Below are positions 37,940 through 48,831 of a stretch of DNA of 49,649 nucleotides, piece by piece; within the stretch, counting starts at the first letter, position 1; each line of letters starts with the position of its first letter. The DNA is from a candidate division Zixibacteria bacterium SM23_73_3. GTDB taxonomy: Bacteria > Zixibacteria > MSB-5A5 > SM1-73. Made by a program: the position numbers and the translations under genes. The notes below the pieces were generated by a model, which did no database searches, was not told the origin of the DNA, and saw only the letters and a list, made by a program, of their open reading frames with translations. The DNA lies in the NCBI GenBank assembly GCA_001304155.1, contig LJUX01000021.1, positions 1-49,649 of the forward strand, written 5' to 3'.

Positions 37940-38758
37940 CTAAGATTTGGTGTCCATCTTGTCGTAATTCGGCAAACCCTTTAAAATTATGGTCCAGCCC
38001 GGAAATCGATTGATGATCCTCGCCTTCATATCTTCGATCCAAGACAGTCTACTCTGGTTGAGTTTTATCTTCAAGGTCAAAGGAGAATCCAAAAGATAAA
38101 CTCCCCATCTCTTCTGAGAAAATGGATTAAATCCATTCTCCTTTGAATTTGAACATAATGTATAAGCTCCTTTATAACCCAACCTTTCTGTCTCTTTCTG
38201 AACATATCGGTTATATCGTCCGAAAGGATAAGACAAAAAGTCCACCGTCTGACCCAATTTGTCTTCCAGGATTTCCTTTGATCTTTTCAGTTCATACTCC
38301 ACGAATTGCTTTGGGATTTTAGTCAGATCGGGATGGTGGACGGTGTGAGACCCAATGTCAAATCCGGCATCAGCCATCTCCTTTATCTGTTCCCAGCTCA
38401 AATGCTTTTTTCTATTTCTTCCCCAGTTATAGTCCCACTCGTTGTATCTTCCTACGTATCCGGTAATGACAAATATACAGGCGATAAAGCCGAGCTTTTG
38501 TAGAACAGGAAATGCATTCAGGTAAATGTCCTGATAAGCGTCATCGAATGTGAGAGCTACCTTCTTTTCGTCTTGGTTTTCATCTGTACTGAGAATTTCC
38601 TCCAGCCTAACCGCTTTGTACCCCTGCTCATGAAGAAACCTTATTCCCCTTTCGAACTGACTGATCTTCTGTCGGGTGATGCTCAGGTCGAATCTATCAC
38701 TCACCTGATGATAGGTTAGGATGGGCACTGCTTCCTGGGAAAGCTTTTTTAATTTCAT
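37940..38758 (-). CDS. polysaccharide deacetylase family protein
   Basis: PILTYHQV, ALTFDDAY, DIGSHTVHHPDL, SYPFGRY. Confidence 0.92.
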   Translation of the reverse strand: MKLKKLSQEAVPILTYHQVSDRFDLSITRQKISQFERGIRFLHEQGYKAVRLEEILSTDENQDEKKVALTFDDAYQDIYLNAFPVLQKLGFIACIFVITGYVGRYNEWDYNWGRNRKKHLSWEQIKEMADAGFDIGSHTVHHPDLTKIPKQFVEYELKRSKEILEDKLGQTVDFLSYPFGRYNRYVQKETERLGYKGAYTLCSNSKENGFNPFSQKRWGVYLLDSPLTLKIKLNQSRLSWIEDMKARIINRFPGWTIILKGLPNYDKMDTKS

Positions 38759-38875
38759 GTTTCATAGAATATAAAATAAAAACCATGCTGTTGTTGCTGA
38801 GCTCACCACCCATATAAGCCAGAACATGGTTACAGGCAAAGAAGCAATTGGCTTTTTTTAGAAACCATCAGTTTT

Positions 38876-40147
38876 TTAAAGCTTACCCCAGTCCAGCCGG
38901 TTTAGAGCATATTTTCCAACTGGACCAAGTATTACCGCTGACAGTTTATCAAAGCTAAGAAGTTCGCCCGCCACATCGATCACATCTTTGGCTTTTATCC
39001 TATTGATGGAATTTATGGTTTGATCCAGACTCACATAATCATGCAGAAACAGCTCATATCGAGCCAATCGGTTCATTCGGTTGAAGGTGCTTTCCAGGGT
39101 CAGCAAAAGATTTCCCTTCAACTGGTATTTAGCATGGGAAAGCTCTTTGGAGGTGAGACTGCCCTTCTTTAACTTTATGATCTCCTTAAAAACCAACTCT
39201 ATTACCCGAATTGCATTCTTTTTGTGAGTTCCCATATAGATTCCGAAAACCCCGGCATCCTCAAAGAAATCAATAAAAGTATACACGCTGTATACCAATC
39301 CCTTCTTTTCTCTTATAGTCTGAAAAAGACGGGAGCTCATTCCCCCACCCAGGATATTGCTTAATACCAGTGCTGCATACCTCCTGGTGTTCCGATAAGG
39401 AAAAGTGGGAACGCCTAAGCTTATGTGAGTTTGTGCGGTTTTTCTCTGTGTCACCATCCGATTAAGTTTTGCTTGGGGAAGCGTTTGTTTTTCCCGGGGA
39501 GGATGGGAGCCTGAGCTAAATTTGAACTTCTTTCTCATTTTGTCTACCAACTCTCCATGTTTGAAGTTACCACAGGCGGCAATCACTATCCGGGGAGAGG
39601 TATAGTTTTTTTTCATGAAATCGACTAAATTTTTTCTGGTCAACTTCTGCACGCTTTCAGTGCTTCCTATGATCGGTCTTCCCAGGGGATCTTCTTTCCA
39701 CATGGCATTCATCAAAAAGTCGTGTACCAGATCTGCCGGCGAATCTTCCAGGTCCTTTATCTCAGAGATTATCACCTCTCTTTCTTTCTCCAGATGAGAG
39801 GGGTTGAAAAGAGGGTTTTTGAGAATGTCGGACAAAACGTCTAAGGCTATATCAATATGCTCGTCCAGCACCCGGGCAAAATAACAGGTATGTTCTCGGC
39901 CGGTAAATGCGTTCAAAGAACCACCCACAGATTCCAAAGAGGAGGCGATCTCTCGAGCAGTTCTTCTCCTGGTTCCTTTGAATAGCATATGCTCGATGAA
40001 ATGGGAGGTGCCCATCTCGTCGTTTTTCTCGTCCCGCGAGCCCACATCTATCCAAACTCCAATGCTTATAGAGCGAACATAATCGATTCTTTCGGTGACC
40101 ACCCGTATGCCGTTTTCTAAGACCGTTTTTTTATATATCTCTTTCAA
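38876..40147 (-). CDS. M16 family (pitrilysin-like) zinc peptidase
   Basis: HFIEHMLFKGT (HxxEH), LNAFTGRE, GGGMSSRLFQ; downstream of pnp, as is common. Confidence 0.95.
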   Translation of the reverse strand: MKEIYKKTVLENGIRVVTERIDYVRSISIGVWIDVGSRDEKNDEMGTSHFIEHMLFKGTRRRTAREIASSLESVGGSLNAFTGREHTCYFARVLDEHIDIALDVLSDILKNPLFNPSHLEKEREVIISEIKDLEDSPADLVHDFLMNAMWKEDPLGRPIIGSTESVQKLTRKNLVDFMKKNYTSPRIVIAACGNFKHGELVDKMRKKFKFSSGSHPPREKQTLPQAKLNRMVTQRKTAQTHISLGVPTFPYRNTRRYAALVLSNILGGGMSSRLFQTIREKKGLVYSVYTFIDFFEDAGVFGIYMGTHKKNAIRVIELVFKEIIKLKKGSLTSKELSHAKYQLKGNLLLTLESTFNRMNRLARYELFLHDYVSLDQTINSINRIKAKDVIDVAGELLSFDKLSAVILGPVGKYALNRLDWGKL

Positions 40148-40248
40148 GTTGCTTTTTCCTTCCTTTAAAAGATAATTAAAATATCCGAAAGGAGATCTCC
40201 ACCCTCCCTGGCCAGTATCAGGAAATTGAATAGATTGGGGAGCGAAGA

Positions 40249-42342
40249 CTACCTTGCCTTGGTTTTTGAGGAAAGACAGGCTTTTCTGGACAGTCTGATT
40301 TTCCCTTCTGCGTCTATCCCTATTATCTTAACTCTTATCTCATCTCCCACGCTCAAAACATCCTCCACCTTGTTGACCCTTCGGGTATCCAATTCCGAGA
40401 TATGAACAAGCCCATCCTGCCCGGGAAGTATCTCCACGAAAGCGCCGAAAGGGGTAATCCTCTTCACCTTGCCTGAGTATTCTTTGCCGATCTCCGGTTC
40501 CTCGATTAATTTCAAAATCAGCTCTTGGGCTAACTCTCCCGCCTTCTGATCCACGGAGGCAATGAAGACGGAGCCGTCATCCTCGATATCGATTTTGGCT
40601 CCGCTCTGCTCGATTATGCTTCTGATCATCTTCCCACCTGGACCGATGATTTCACCAATTTTTTCCGGTTTTACCTTGAGGATGATGATGCGGGGAGCGT
40701 ATGCGGAAAGCTCCGGTCTGGGTTGGGCTAAGGTCTGTTGCATGACATCCAGTATAAAAAGCCTTGCCTCCTTAGCCCTTGTTAAAGCCTCCTTAAGAAG
40801 GGACAAATCAACTCCAGAGATCTTAACGTCCATCTGAAAAGCGGTGATGCCCTGGCGGGTTCCGGTCACCTTGAAGTCCATATCTCCCAGATGATCCTCC
40901 AACCCCAGGATGTCGGTTAAGACGGCATGTTTATCCTCCTCCTTAATAAGCCCCATGGCAATCCCTGCCACTGGAGCCTTTATGGGCACTCCGGCATCCA
41001 TCAGGCAAAGGGTTCCGGCACAGACGGTAGCCATAGAGGAGGAGCCATTTGATTCCAAAATATCCGAGACTATCCGAACGGTATAAGGAAAAACCTCCTC
41101 GCCGGGGATCACCGACTGGATGGCTCTTTCCGCCAGCGCTCCATGTCCAATCTCCCTTCTTCCCGGTCCCCGGATAAATCTCACCTCTCCCACGCTAAAA
41201 GGGGGAAAATTATAATGAAGCATGTAACTTTTGGTGGATTCTCCCTCCAGATCATCTACTCTTTGCTCATCTATCTTTGTCCCCAGAGTAGCAACTGACA
41301 AAGATTGAGTTTGTCCCCGGGTGAAAAGAGCCGATCCATGGGTGCGAGGAAGAATGCCCACCTCGCAGGTTATGGGTCTAATCTGATCTATGTCTCTCCC
41401 GTCTGTTCTTTTCCCTTCATTTAAGATCATCTGGCGCATATCCTTCTTTTCCAATTCCTGCAGGATGGATTTGATCTTCCTTTCGCTTTCCGGGAATTTT
41501 TCCAAAAGCTCTAAAGTAACCGAATCCAAAAGGCCGTCCAGTCTTTTCGCTCTTTCCAGCTTGTCAGCGGTTCGGTTCGCTTCCTTAATCTTCTCCAGCC
41601 CCAGAGCAGTGACTGCCTCCACCAGTTCGGAATTTCTGAGAGGAGGTTCTACCTTGGTTTTGGGCTTGCCGGCTTTTGCTCGGAGTTCCTCCTGTAACCC
41701 AACTATCAGCTTGATCTTCTCATGTCCAAAATTCAGGGCAGAGAGAAGGTCACCTTCTGAAACTTCCCGGCACTCCCCTTCCACCATGTTAACAAAATCC
41801 TTGGTTCCAGCCACCACCAGATCTATATCGCTATTCTCCAGTTCTGAGAAGGTAGGGTTGATCACAAATTCTCCGTTCAACCTCCCCACCCGCACCGCAC
41901 CGACTGGCTGATAAAATGGTATCTCCGAGATGCTTAAAGCGGTGGAGGCACCTATAAGTCCCGGCACATCCGCATCATTTTCCTGATCAGAGGAGAGGAC
42001 CATAACCATTATCTGTACTTCTTCAAAATATCCTTCCGGAAATAGGGGACGTAAAGTTCGGTCGATCAGTCGCGCGCTCACCGTCTCCTTTTCGCTGGGT
42101 CGACCCTCCCTTTTGAAAAAACCTCCCGGGATTTTGCCGGCCGCATAAGCTTTCTCCCGATAGTCCACCATCAGAGGGAAGAAGTCTTTCTCTTCATCAA
42201 TCTGTTTTGCCTCCACTGCGGTGGCTAAAATCACCGTATCTCCTAAACGTACGATAGCAGACCCATGAGCCTGTTTGGCAACCTTTCCCGTTTCCACCAT
42301 CAGTGTTTTGCCCCCCAACTCTATCTGTAATCTTGATTCCAT
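40249..42342 (-). CDS. pnp: polyribonucleotide nucleotidyltransferase
   Basis: GKIPGGFFKREGRP, HGSALFTRGQTQ, RREIGHGALA, ESNGSSSMA, KH and S1 domains. Confidence 0.98.
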   Translation of the reverse strand: MESRLQIELGGKTLMVETGKVAKQAHGSAIVRLGDTVILATAVEAKQIDEEKDFFPLMVDYREKAYAAGKIPGGFFKREGRPSEKETVSARLIDRTLRPLFPEGYFEEVQIMVMVLSSDQENDADVPGLIGASTALSISEIPFYQPVGAVRVGRLNGEFVINPTFSELENSDIDLVVAGTKDFVNMVEGECREVSEGDLLSALNFGHEKIKLIVGLQEELRAKAGKPKTKVEPPLRNSELVEAVTALGLEKIKEANRTADKLERAKRLDGLLDSVTLELLEKFPESERKIKSILQELEKKDMRQMILNEGKRTDGRDIDQIRPITCEVGILPRTHGSALFTRGQTQSLSVATLGTKIDEQRVDDLEGESTKSYMLHYNFPPFSVGEVRFIRGPGRREIGHGALAERAIQSVIPGEEVFPYTVRIVSDILESNGSSSMATVCAGTLCLMDAGVPIKAPVAGIAMGLIKEEDKHAVLTDILGLEDHLGDMDFKVTGTRQGITAFQMDVKISGVDLSLLKEALTRAKEARLFILDVMQQTLAQPRPELSAYAPRIIILKVKPEKIGEIIGPGGKMIRSIIEQSGAKIDIEDDGSVFIASVDQKAGELAQELILKLIEEPEIGKEYSGKVKRITPFGAFVEILPGQDGLVHISELDTRRVNKVEDVLSVGDEIRVKIIGIDAEGKIRLSRKACLSSKTKAR

Positions 42343-42422
42343 CCAAAACTCCTATCTTGGCCAAAAGCTGTAATCACCGTATTCAAAGAAGAGTCCAACT
42401 TTCAGCCTGTGTCGCAAATGTT

Positions 42423-42692
42423 TTATTTCCTTAACCCTAATTCTTTCACTAATTTTCGATAATCATCCAGATCCGTGTCCTTCAAATAATCTAAAAGCCT
42501 CCTTCTCTTTCCCACCAATTTCAAAAGTCCCCTTCTGGAACTGAAATCCTTGGTATGTTTCTTTAGATGCTCTGTTAGATGGTTGATCCTCTCAGTGAGA
42601 AGTGCTATCTGGATCTCAGGTGAACCAGTATCATCATCGTGCATCCGATATTCTCTTATCAATCTCTCTTTTTTGTCCCGGCCAAGTGTCAA
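42423..42692 (-). CDS. rpsO: 30S ribosomal protein S15
   Basis: [31 protein letters not shown]; TTG start after GGAGG. Confidence 0.97.
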   Translation of the reverse strand: MTLGRDKKERLIREYRMHDDDTGSPEIQIALLTERINHLTEHLKKHTKDFSSRRGLLKLVGKRRRLLDYLKDTDLDDYRKLVKELGLRK

Positions 42693-42720
42693 GACTCCCT
42701 CCTTTGCATATCTCTTTGAT

Positions 42721-43662
42721 TCAGTTCGAGTGATCTATTCGAAACATCTCTTTGATCTTCTTTTCATCTGACTTTAACTGATCCTTCAGATGTTGTGAAT
42801 CAGCAAACTTTTTAGGTTCCCTAACCCAGCTCTCCACTAGAAGCTTTACTTTAATGTCGCCGACTTCCTTTTCTAACCCGAATACGTGGACCTCCACGGA
42901 ACGGGTGTAGTCCCCAAAGGTGGGTTTAGGTCCGACATACATCATGCCTACGTATGTTTTGCCTTCAAGTTGCACTCTGACGCTGTAAACCCCATCCTGT
43001 GGCAGAAGTTTCCCCGAAGGAATTTCCAAGTTCAGGGTGGGATAACCTACCCCTTTTCCTCTTCCCTTTCCTCTGATTACCGTGCCAGAGAGGTGATAAC
43101 TATGGCCTAACATGGCTATTGCTTTAGCAAATTCTCCAGCTTCAAGTTTCTTTCTGATCCGGGTGCTGCTTACTCTTATTCCTTCCACGTACAGCGCAGG
43201 AATAACCTCCAGATCGAAATTATACACCGAAGCCTCCTCTTTCAACAACTCGATTTTGCCAGCTCTGTTTTTTCCAAAAGCATGATCATATCCAACTACC
43301 AGATCTCCAATGTTCAGTTTTCCAAGTAGAATCTTCTCCACAAACTCCTCTGCTGAATATTCACTCAGCCGGTGGTCAAAGTTCATAACCAGCGTCTCTT
43401 CCACCCCCAACTCCTCCAAAAGCGCAAGCTTCTCCTCCAGGGTGGTCAAAAGATTTGGGGCATCATGGGGAGCTACCACACTCTGGGGGTGGGGTTCGTA
43501 GGTGACCACTACTCCCTTCCTTTTCTTTTCCTTAGATTTCTCAAGTAACCTTTTAATTATAGCCTGATGACCCAGATGAACTCCATCAAAGCTTCCCAGG
43601 GTCAACACCGGTCTTTCAAATGCTTTAAAATCAACCTTTCTTATATCGAAACAAACGTGCAT
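42721..43662 (-). CDS. ribF: bifunctional riboflavin kinase/FAD synthetase
   Basis: [37 protein letters not shown]. Confidence 0.96.
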   Translation of the reverse strand: MHVCFDIRKVDFKAFERPVLTLGSFDGVHLGHQAIIKRLLEKSKEKKRKGVVVTYEPHPQSVVAPHDAPNLLTTLEEKLALLEELGVEETLVMNFDHRLSEYSAEEFVEKILLGKLNIGDLVVGYDHAFGKNRAGKIELLKEEASVYNFDLEVIPALYVEGIRVSSTRIRKKLEAGEFAKAIAMLGHSYHLSGTVIRGKGRGKGVGYPTLNLEIPSGKLLPQDGVYSVRVQLEGKTYVGMMYVGPKPTFGDYTRSVEVHVFGLEKEVGDIKVKLLVESWVREPKKFADSQHLKDQLKSDEKKIKEMFRIDHSN

Positions 43663-43706
43663 GAGATTGGCTTAATTCAACTTTTGAACTCTTGAACTTT
43701 ATATGA

Positions 43707-44639
43707 CTATATCACCCGAATGTAGTCAATGAGCCTATTTTTGTAATTAATATCCTGAAAATTCTTCGCCGGGCTTAACGCTTTTCCAATGGCGAGGATG
43801 TTTTTTCGATCATCTTTTATCGAAACAGTTTGGTTTCTATTAAAATCCCCTTCTGTGGATAGTACGGATGAGGGAATCAGAGGCACGCCATGCCTTACTT
43901 TTTCCGTAAAGTTTTCCTTCACCACCACCGAAGGAAGATGAGCCAAAGCTTGTTCTATGGGAATGAGAATATCCGGGATTTTCCCTTCGCTTCGAACATC
44001 GGAGATATCTTCTAGGCTTAACGCATCCGGGAGCTTGAATGGACCAATCCGAGTGCGTAGCAGGGAGAAAAGATATGCTCCGCATCCCAATTTCTGCCCC
44101 ACATCAAAAGCCAAGCTTCGGACATAGGTGCCCTTGGAACAACTGATTCTCAACTTAACGTATGGTTCGTTGATGTTCAATACCTCAAGATCTTTTATCT
44201 CCACCTCCCTTTTTCTTCTTTCTACCTTCTTCTTTGCCCTGGCATATTGATAAAGTCTTTTGCCCTTGTATTTTATGGCAGAATGTAATGGAGGAATTTG
44301 CCAGATCTTTCCCTTGAATGAATCTATCACCTTTCTTATTTGGCCGGGGCCTGTTTTAAAATCCTCCTTTATCCCTGTGATTTTTCCTTCACCATCATAT
44401 GTGTCGGTGGTGATTCCCAACCTGATCACCGCTTCATATGTCTTGTCATATTCGGCTAAAAATTGCACCACCTTGGTAGCCCTGCCCACACAGGCTAAGA
44501 GAACTCCGCTGGCATCAGGATCCAAGGTTCCGGTGTGTCCAATTCTTTTGGTATACAGAATTTGTCTCAGTTTCTGTATCACATCATGCGAGGTCATCCC
44601 GGCTGGTTTATCAACTGGTAAAACTCCCGACAGATTCAT
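43707..44639 (-). CDS. truB: tRNA pseudouridine(55) synthase
   Basis: DKPAGMTSHD, GHTGTLDP, CSKGTYVRSL. Confidence 0.97.
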   Translation of the reverse strand: MNLSGVLPVDKPAGMTSHDVIQKLRQILYTKRIGHTGTLDPDASGVLLACVGRATKVVQFLAEYDKTYEAVIRLGITTDTYDGEGKITGIKEDFKTGPGQIRKVIDSFKGKIWQIPPLHSAIKYKGKRLYQYARAKKKVERRKREVEIKDLEVLNINEPYVKLRISCSKGTYVRSLAFDVGQKLGCGAYLFSLLRTRIGPFKLPDALSLEDISDVRSEGKIPDILIPIEQALAHLPSVVVKENFTEKVRHGVPLIPSSVLSTEGDFNRNQTVSIKDDRKNILAIGKALSPAKNFQDINYKNRLIDYIRVI

Positions 44640-45636
44640 TCTTCAGGATTTTTTGAATTCGTTCCAAGATAATCCTCTTAGCAGGTTCTAAGCCATGATT
44701 AAGGATACAGCCAGCTGCATTTCTGTGTCCTCCCCCCCCGAAAGCCTTTGCCACCTTTGATACGTCAAATTCATTTTGTGATCTTAAGTTCACTTTGGTT
44801 TTCCCATTTTCTTTTTCCGTGAAAAGAAGCCCTATCTCCACTCCCTTCAGAAAGAGGGAATAGTCTACCACCCCCTCTACCTCTTTTGGATCAACTCTTA
44901 GATCAGCCAGAAGGTCCTGCTTGAGGATCATGGTGCAAATTTTTCCTTCATCCAGAGTCTGAGGATTGCTAAGAATTGATCCCAGAAGTCTCAAGAAAGG
45001 GAGAGAATGGTTAAAATAAACCTGGTTGGTGATATGTTTGGGATCGGCCCCTGATTTTATCAGCTCGGCACATACCTTCAGACAACGGGGAGAGGTGTTG
45101 GAGAATTTGAATCTACCGGTATCGGTCAGGATAGCAGCATAAAGCTGGGTAGATACTGCAGTAGTAATGAAAAAACCGGAAATCTTGAGCAAGGAGAAAA
45201 TTATCTCCCCTACAGCTGAAGCATCCACATCTACGTAGTCGAAGTTGCCAAATTCTTCATTATCTGGATGGTGGTCTATATTTATTAATGTAGCTGAAGC
45301 AGGGATCAACTTCTCTACCTCTCCTACACGGCTCATAGAAGTGCAGTCTAACACCAAAACCAGATCCGGAATCGCCCCAACGTCCTTCCGGCCTTTTACC
45401 ATATCCACATTCTCAATTTTTCCCTGAGGGTCCAAAAACATGTACCTGTATGGCAAATCACCCTGGTTGATGATCCGACAACTCTTCCCCTCGCTTTTCA
45501 CGAGTTCAGCCAGAGCCAGTTGAGATCCGATCGAATCCCCATCCGGATCGCGATGGGAGGTGATCAAAACCGCCTGACTTTTCTTTATGAGTTCTAAAAT
45601 CTTTTTTAATTTAGTATTTATCTTCTGCATCTTCAT
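44611..45636 (-). CDS. nrnA: DHH-family bifunctional oligoribonuclease/PAP phosphatase NrnA
   Basis: SHRDPDGDSIGS, NIDHH, ILTDTGRF, GGGGHRNAAG. Confidence 0.9.
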   Translation of the reverse strand: MKMQKINTKLKKILELIKKSQAVLITSHRDPDGDSIGSQLALAELVKSEGKSCRIINQGDLPYRYMFLDPQGKIENVDMVKGRKDVGAIPDLVLVLDCTSMSRVGEVEKLIPASATLINIDHHPDNEEFGNFDYVDVDASAVGEIIFSLLKISGFFITTAVSTQLYAAILTDTGRFKFSNTSPRCLKVCAELIKSGADPKHITNQVYFNHSLPFLRLLGSILSNPQTLDEGKICTMILKQDLLADLRVDPKEVEGVVDYSLFLKGVEIGLLFTEKENGKTKVNLRSQNEFDVSKVAKAFGGGGHRNAAGCILNHGLEPAKRIILERIQKILKNESVGSFTS

Positions 45637-46039
45637 TTAAAGCGGAGTCATCCTGAGAAGGTTCGCCATGATCAAGTTCGTTTTGATGTGGCCCTTCATT
45701 TGCATGAATCTTCTGGATCAACTCCTCAATATGCGCGCCATATTCCACTGACCCATCAAACTGAAAGAAAATCTCTGGGGTGTATCTTAACTTCAGCTTT
45801 TTCCCTATCTCATGCTGGATGAACCCGGAGGCTCTTTTTAAGGCAGAAGAGCTTTCCCTTTTGGAGTCTTCGTCGCCCAGCACGCTATAGAAAACCTTGG
45901 CACGTTTTAGATCGACTGAGACCTCTACTGCCGTGATGGTTACAAAACCAATTCCCGGATCCTTGAGTTCACGTTGGATTATGTGAGCGATCTCTCTTTT
46001 TATTAAATCGCCCACCCGATCTTTCCTCTGGTACTTCAT
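45611..46039 (-). CDS. rbfA: ribosome-binding factor A
   Basis: DPGIGFVTIT, DLKRAKVF, LRYTPEIFF; acidic tail. Confidence 0.95.
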   Translation of the reverse strand: MKYQRKDRVGDLIKREIAHIIQRELKDPGIGFVTITAVEVSVDLKRAKVFYSVLGDEDSKRESSSALKRASGFIQHEIGKKLKLRYTPEIFFQFDGSVEYGAHIEELIQKIHANEGPHQNELDHGEPSQDDSALNEDAEDKY

Positions 46040-46115
46040 ACTTAACCTTTTATTTGATTCCCGCAGGGCACCACCGGAAGGTGAATGTCATATCATTTGG
46101 CCATACGATTTGATT

Positions 46116-46397
46116 TTACAACAGCTCTATGGAATAGTCCAGTATCTGAACCCCATTTTCCTTACCTATGAAATCCACCACACCAGAGAGGATTTGATTG
46201 GCAAACTGTTTCTGATTAGTCACCACTGAGATTCCCAGGGTGGTTCTCTGCCACAAATCGTTGTGGTCCACCTCGGCGATGGAAACATTAAATCTGTTTT
46301 TTACCCTATCCTTTATCCCCTTTAGAAAGTGCCTCTTGCTTTTTAAGGACCCACTTTCCGGAATATGAATGTCAACGCTTGCTATACCAACCACCAT
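46116..46397 (-). CDS. DUF503 (YlxP-like) protein
   Basis: SLKSKR, RFNVSIAEVDHNDLWQR; lies between infB and rbfA. Confidence 0.9.
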   Translation of the reverse strand: MVVGIASVDIHIPESGSLKSKRHFLKGIKDRVKNRFNVSIAEVDHNDLWQRTTLGISVVTNQKQFANQILSGVVDFIGKENGVQILDYSIELL

Positions 46398-46446
46398 TGT
46401 ATCTGAAGATGTAAATAATTAAGTTTTGGTCTCACTTACTTAAAAC

Positions 46447-48687
46447 CTACTCTAATTTTCGGGCTAACTCCTTTACCTGGTAGGCTTCTAAGGTATCGCC
46501 CACCTTCACGTCGTTGTAGTCTTCTATTTTTATTCCACATTCTAGTCCGCTGGCGACTTCTTTCACATCATCCTTAAATCTCTTCAAGGATGAAATTATT
46601 CCCTGGTAGATCACCACCCCGTCACGAATCATTCGAACCTTATCGCCTCTTTTCATGAACCCTTCCAGAATAAAGCATCCTGCCACCTGCCCCACTTCTG
46701 AGACTTTGAAGACGTCCTTAACCTCGGCTGTACCAGAGATGGTTTCAGTGACTTCAGGCTCCAGAAGCCCTTCTAAAGCCTTCCTGATGTCAGATTCGAT
46801 TTCATAGATCACCTCATAAAGTCTTATGTCCACATTCTCTTTTAAGGCAAGCTCTCTGGCTCTTAAATCCGGGCGGACGTGAAAACCGATGATGATTGCA
46901 TCGGAAGCTGCTCCCAGAAGCACGTCGCTTCCTATGATGGAACCCACCCCTCGATGGATCACCTTAACCCTTACCTCTTTGGTCGAGATCTTTTCTAAGG
47001 TGTCAGATAATGCTTCCACTGATCCTCCCACATCTCCTTTGAGGATCAAATTCAGCTCCTTGATTTTCCCCTCCTCGATTTGTTCATATACCTCAGATAA
47101 AGAGATTCTTTTTACCTGTCTTAAGTCCTGCTCTCTTTTCAATCTCATTCTCTTTGTCGAAATTTGGCGGGCTCCTGTTTCGTCTTCAGTTTCTATAAAG
47201 GTGTCCCCAGCCTGAGGGACCCCGGATGCACCCAAAACCTGTACTGGGACAGATGGTCCTGCCTCCTTCACCGGGTTTCCTCTTTCATTGAAGAGGGCTC
47301 TTATTTTCCCATGATAGGGTCCGGTCACAAAAGGAATCCCCAATTTAAGCGTCCCTTTTTGCACTAAAACGGTGACAATTACCCCTCTTCCTTTACTTAG
47401 CTCAGATTCTATCACCACACCAGAAGCTCGACGATCAGGGTTTGCTTTCAACTCCATCATCTCCGCCTGGAGCAAAATCATCTCCAAGAGCCTGTCTATT
47501 CCCATGCCGGTTTTGGCAGATATTTCAACCATAATGGTTGATCCTCCCCATTCCTCCGGAACTAAATTATGCTTAGCCAACTCCTGTTTGATCGGTTCGC
47601 TTTTGGCTTGGGGAAGATCCATTTTGTTGAAGGCAACGATGATGGGGACACCTGCCGCCCGGGCGTGATCAATGGCCTCGATTGTCTGAGGCATCACGCT
47701 ATCGTCTGCCGCTACCACCAACACCACGATGTCTGTAAACTTTGCTCCTCGAGCCCTCATAGCGGTGAAAGCTTCATGCCCCGGAGTGTCTAAGAAGGTT
47801 ATGTTTCCGCCGGGCACCTCTACCTCATATGCCCCGATATGTTGGGTAATACCACCTGATTCCCCTGCTATTATATTGCTTTTTCTTATGAAGTCCAGAA
47901 GCGATGTTTTTCCGTGATCCACATGCCCCATGATGGTGATTACCGGAGATCGTGGCCTCAAATTCTCCTCTATTTCCGCCTCTTCCTCTTCTTCCAACCC
48001 GATCTCCTTAACCGGCTCCACGTTGAATCCGAATTCCAGCGCTACGGTCTCGATGCTATCCATATCCAATCTTTGATTGATGGTAGCCACAAAACCCAAC
48101 TCCAGGCATTTGGAGATCACCTCTGCCGGCTTCACCCCCATCAGATTAGCCAACTCTGCCACTGAGATGTATTCGCTAACCCGGATGAGGTTGGCTGGCT
48201 CAATTTCCTTTTCAACTCGCTCTGAATGCAATTTCCCCCTATGTCTTTTTACTCTGTGGACAGCCTCTATGGAAGCCAAGGTTTTCTTTACGCTTTGCTC
48301 AATTGTGGTTTTGTCTATCTTTCTTTCCTGTTTCCCTTTTAAAAATGGAGTTTTTCTCTTTTTGGCTTCCTGCCTTTTTTTCTCCAGTCTTCTTAAATGC
48401 TCCTTGCGTCGAAGTTTGATCTCCTGGGCTCTGGTACTGGGTTGGGAAGAGGCGGCTTGCTCTTCTTTTTTTTCTCGCTCCTTCAGCTTCTTTTTTTTCT
48501 GAGCATATTCTTCCTTAACCGCCTCCCTTTCCTTCCGGAATTTTTCCTCGATGGCGGAGGCCATCTTTTCGTCCACCGCACTCATATGACTTTTTACTCT
48601 AAACCCCAGCTCTTTGATGATGGAAAGCATTGCCTCGCTGGAGATCTTATAATCTCTGGCTAACTGATATACTCTCTTCTTCGCCAA
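46447..48687 (-). CDS. infB: translation initiation factor IF-2
   Basis: [43 protein letters not shown]. Start placed at the TTG at 48687, after GAGGT. Confidence 0.97.
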   Translation of the reverse strand: MAKKRVYQLARDYKISSEAMLSIIKELGFRVKSHMSAVDEKMASAIEEKFRKEREAVKEEYAQKKKKLKEREKKEEQAASSQPSTRAQEIKLRRKEHLRRLEKKRQEAKKRKTPFLKGKQERKIDKTTIEQSVKKTLASIEAVHRVKRHRGKLHSERVEKEIEPANLIRVSEYISVAELANLMGVKPAEVISKCLELGFVATINQRLDMDSIETVALEFGFNVEPVKEIGLEEEEEAEIEENLRPRSPVITIMGHVDHGKTSLLDFIRKSNIIAGESGGITQHIGAYEVEVPGGNITFLDTPGHEAFTAMRARGAKFTDIVVLVVAADDSVMPQTIEAIDHARAAGVPIIVAFNKMDLPQAKSEPIKQELAKHNLVPEEWGGSTIMVEISAKTGMGIDRLLEMILLQAEMMELKANPDRRASGVVIESELSKGRGVIVTVLVQKGTLKLGIPFVTGPYHGKIRALFNERGNPVKEAGPSVPVQVLGASGVPQAGDTFIETEDETGARQISTKRMRLKREQDLRQVKRISLSEVYEQIEEGKIKELNLILKGDVGGSVEALSDTLEKISTKEVRVKVIHRGVGSIIGSDVLLGAASDAIIIGFHVRPDLRARELALKENVDIRLYEVIYEIESDIRKALEGLLEPEVTETISGTAEVKDVFKVSEVGQVAGCFILEGFMKRGDKVRMIRDGVVIYQGIISSLKRFKDDVKEVASGLECGIKIEDYNDVKVGDTLEAYQVKELARKLE

Positions 48688-48831
48688 AACCAATACCTCT
48701 GTGCTAAAGTAATGCTTCGCCTTAAACACTCATTATTTATGTACATACTCAAATTCTTCCAGCTCATTCATCGATCTCATTTTCCTTCGTAGAGGAAAAA
48801 GTTTGGACTTTTTCCCTTTCCGAGAAACAGA

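Noticed and set aside
41390-41911. Long antisense ORFs in the track (e.g. 41390-41911, 34386-34850, 12020-12511, 12490-13002, 16564-16962)
   Set aside because: They shadow well-supported genes on the opposite strand and have no motifs.
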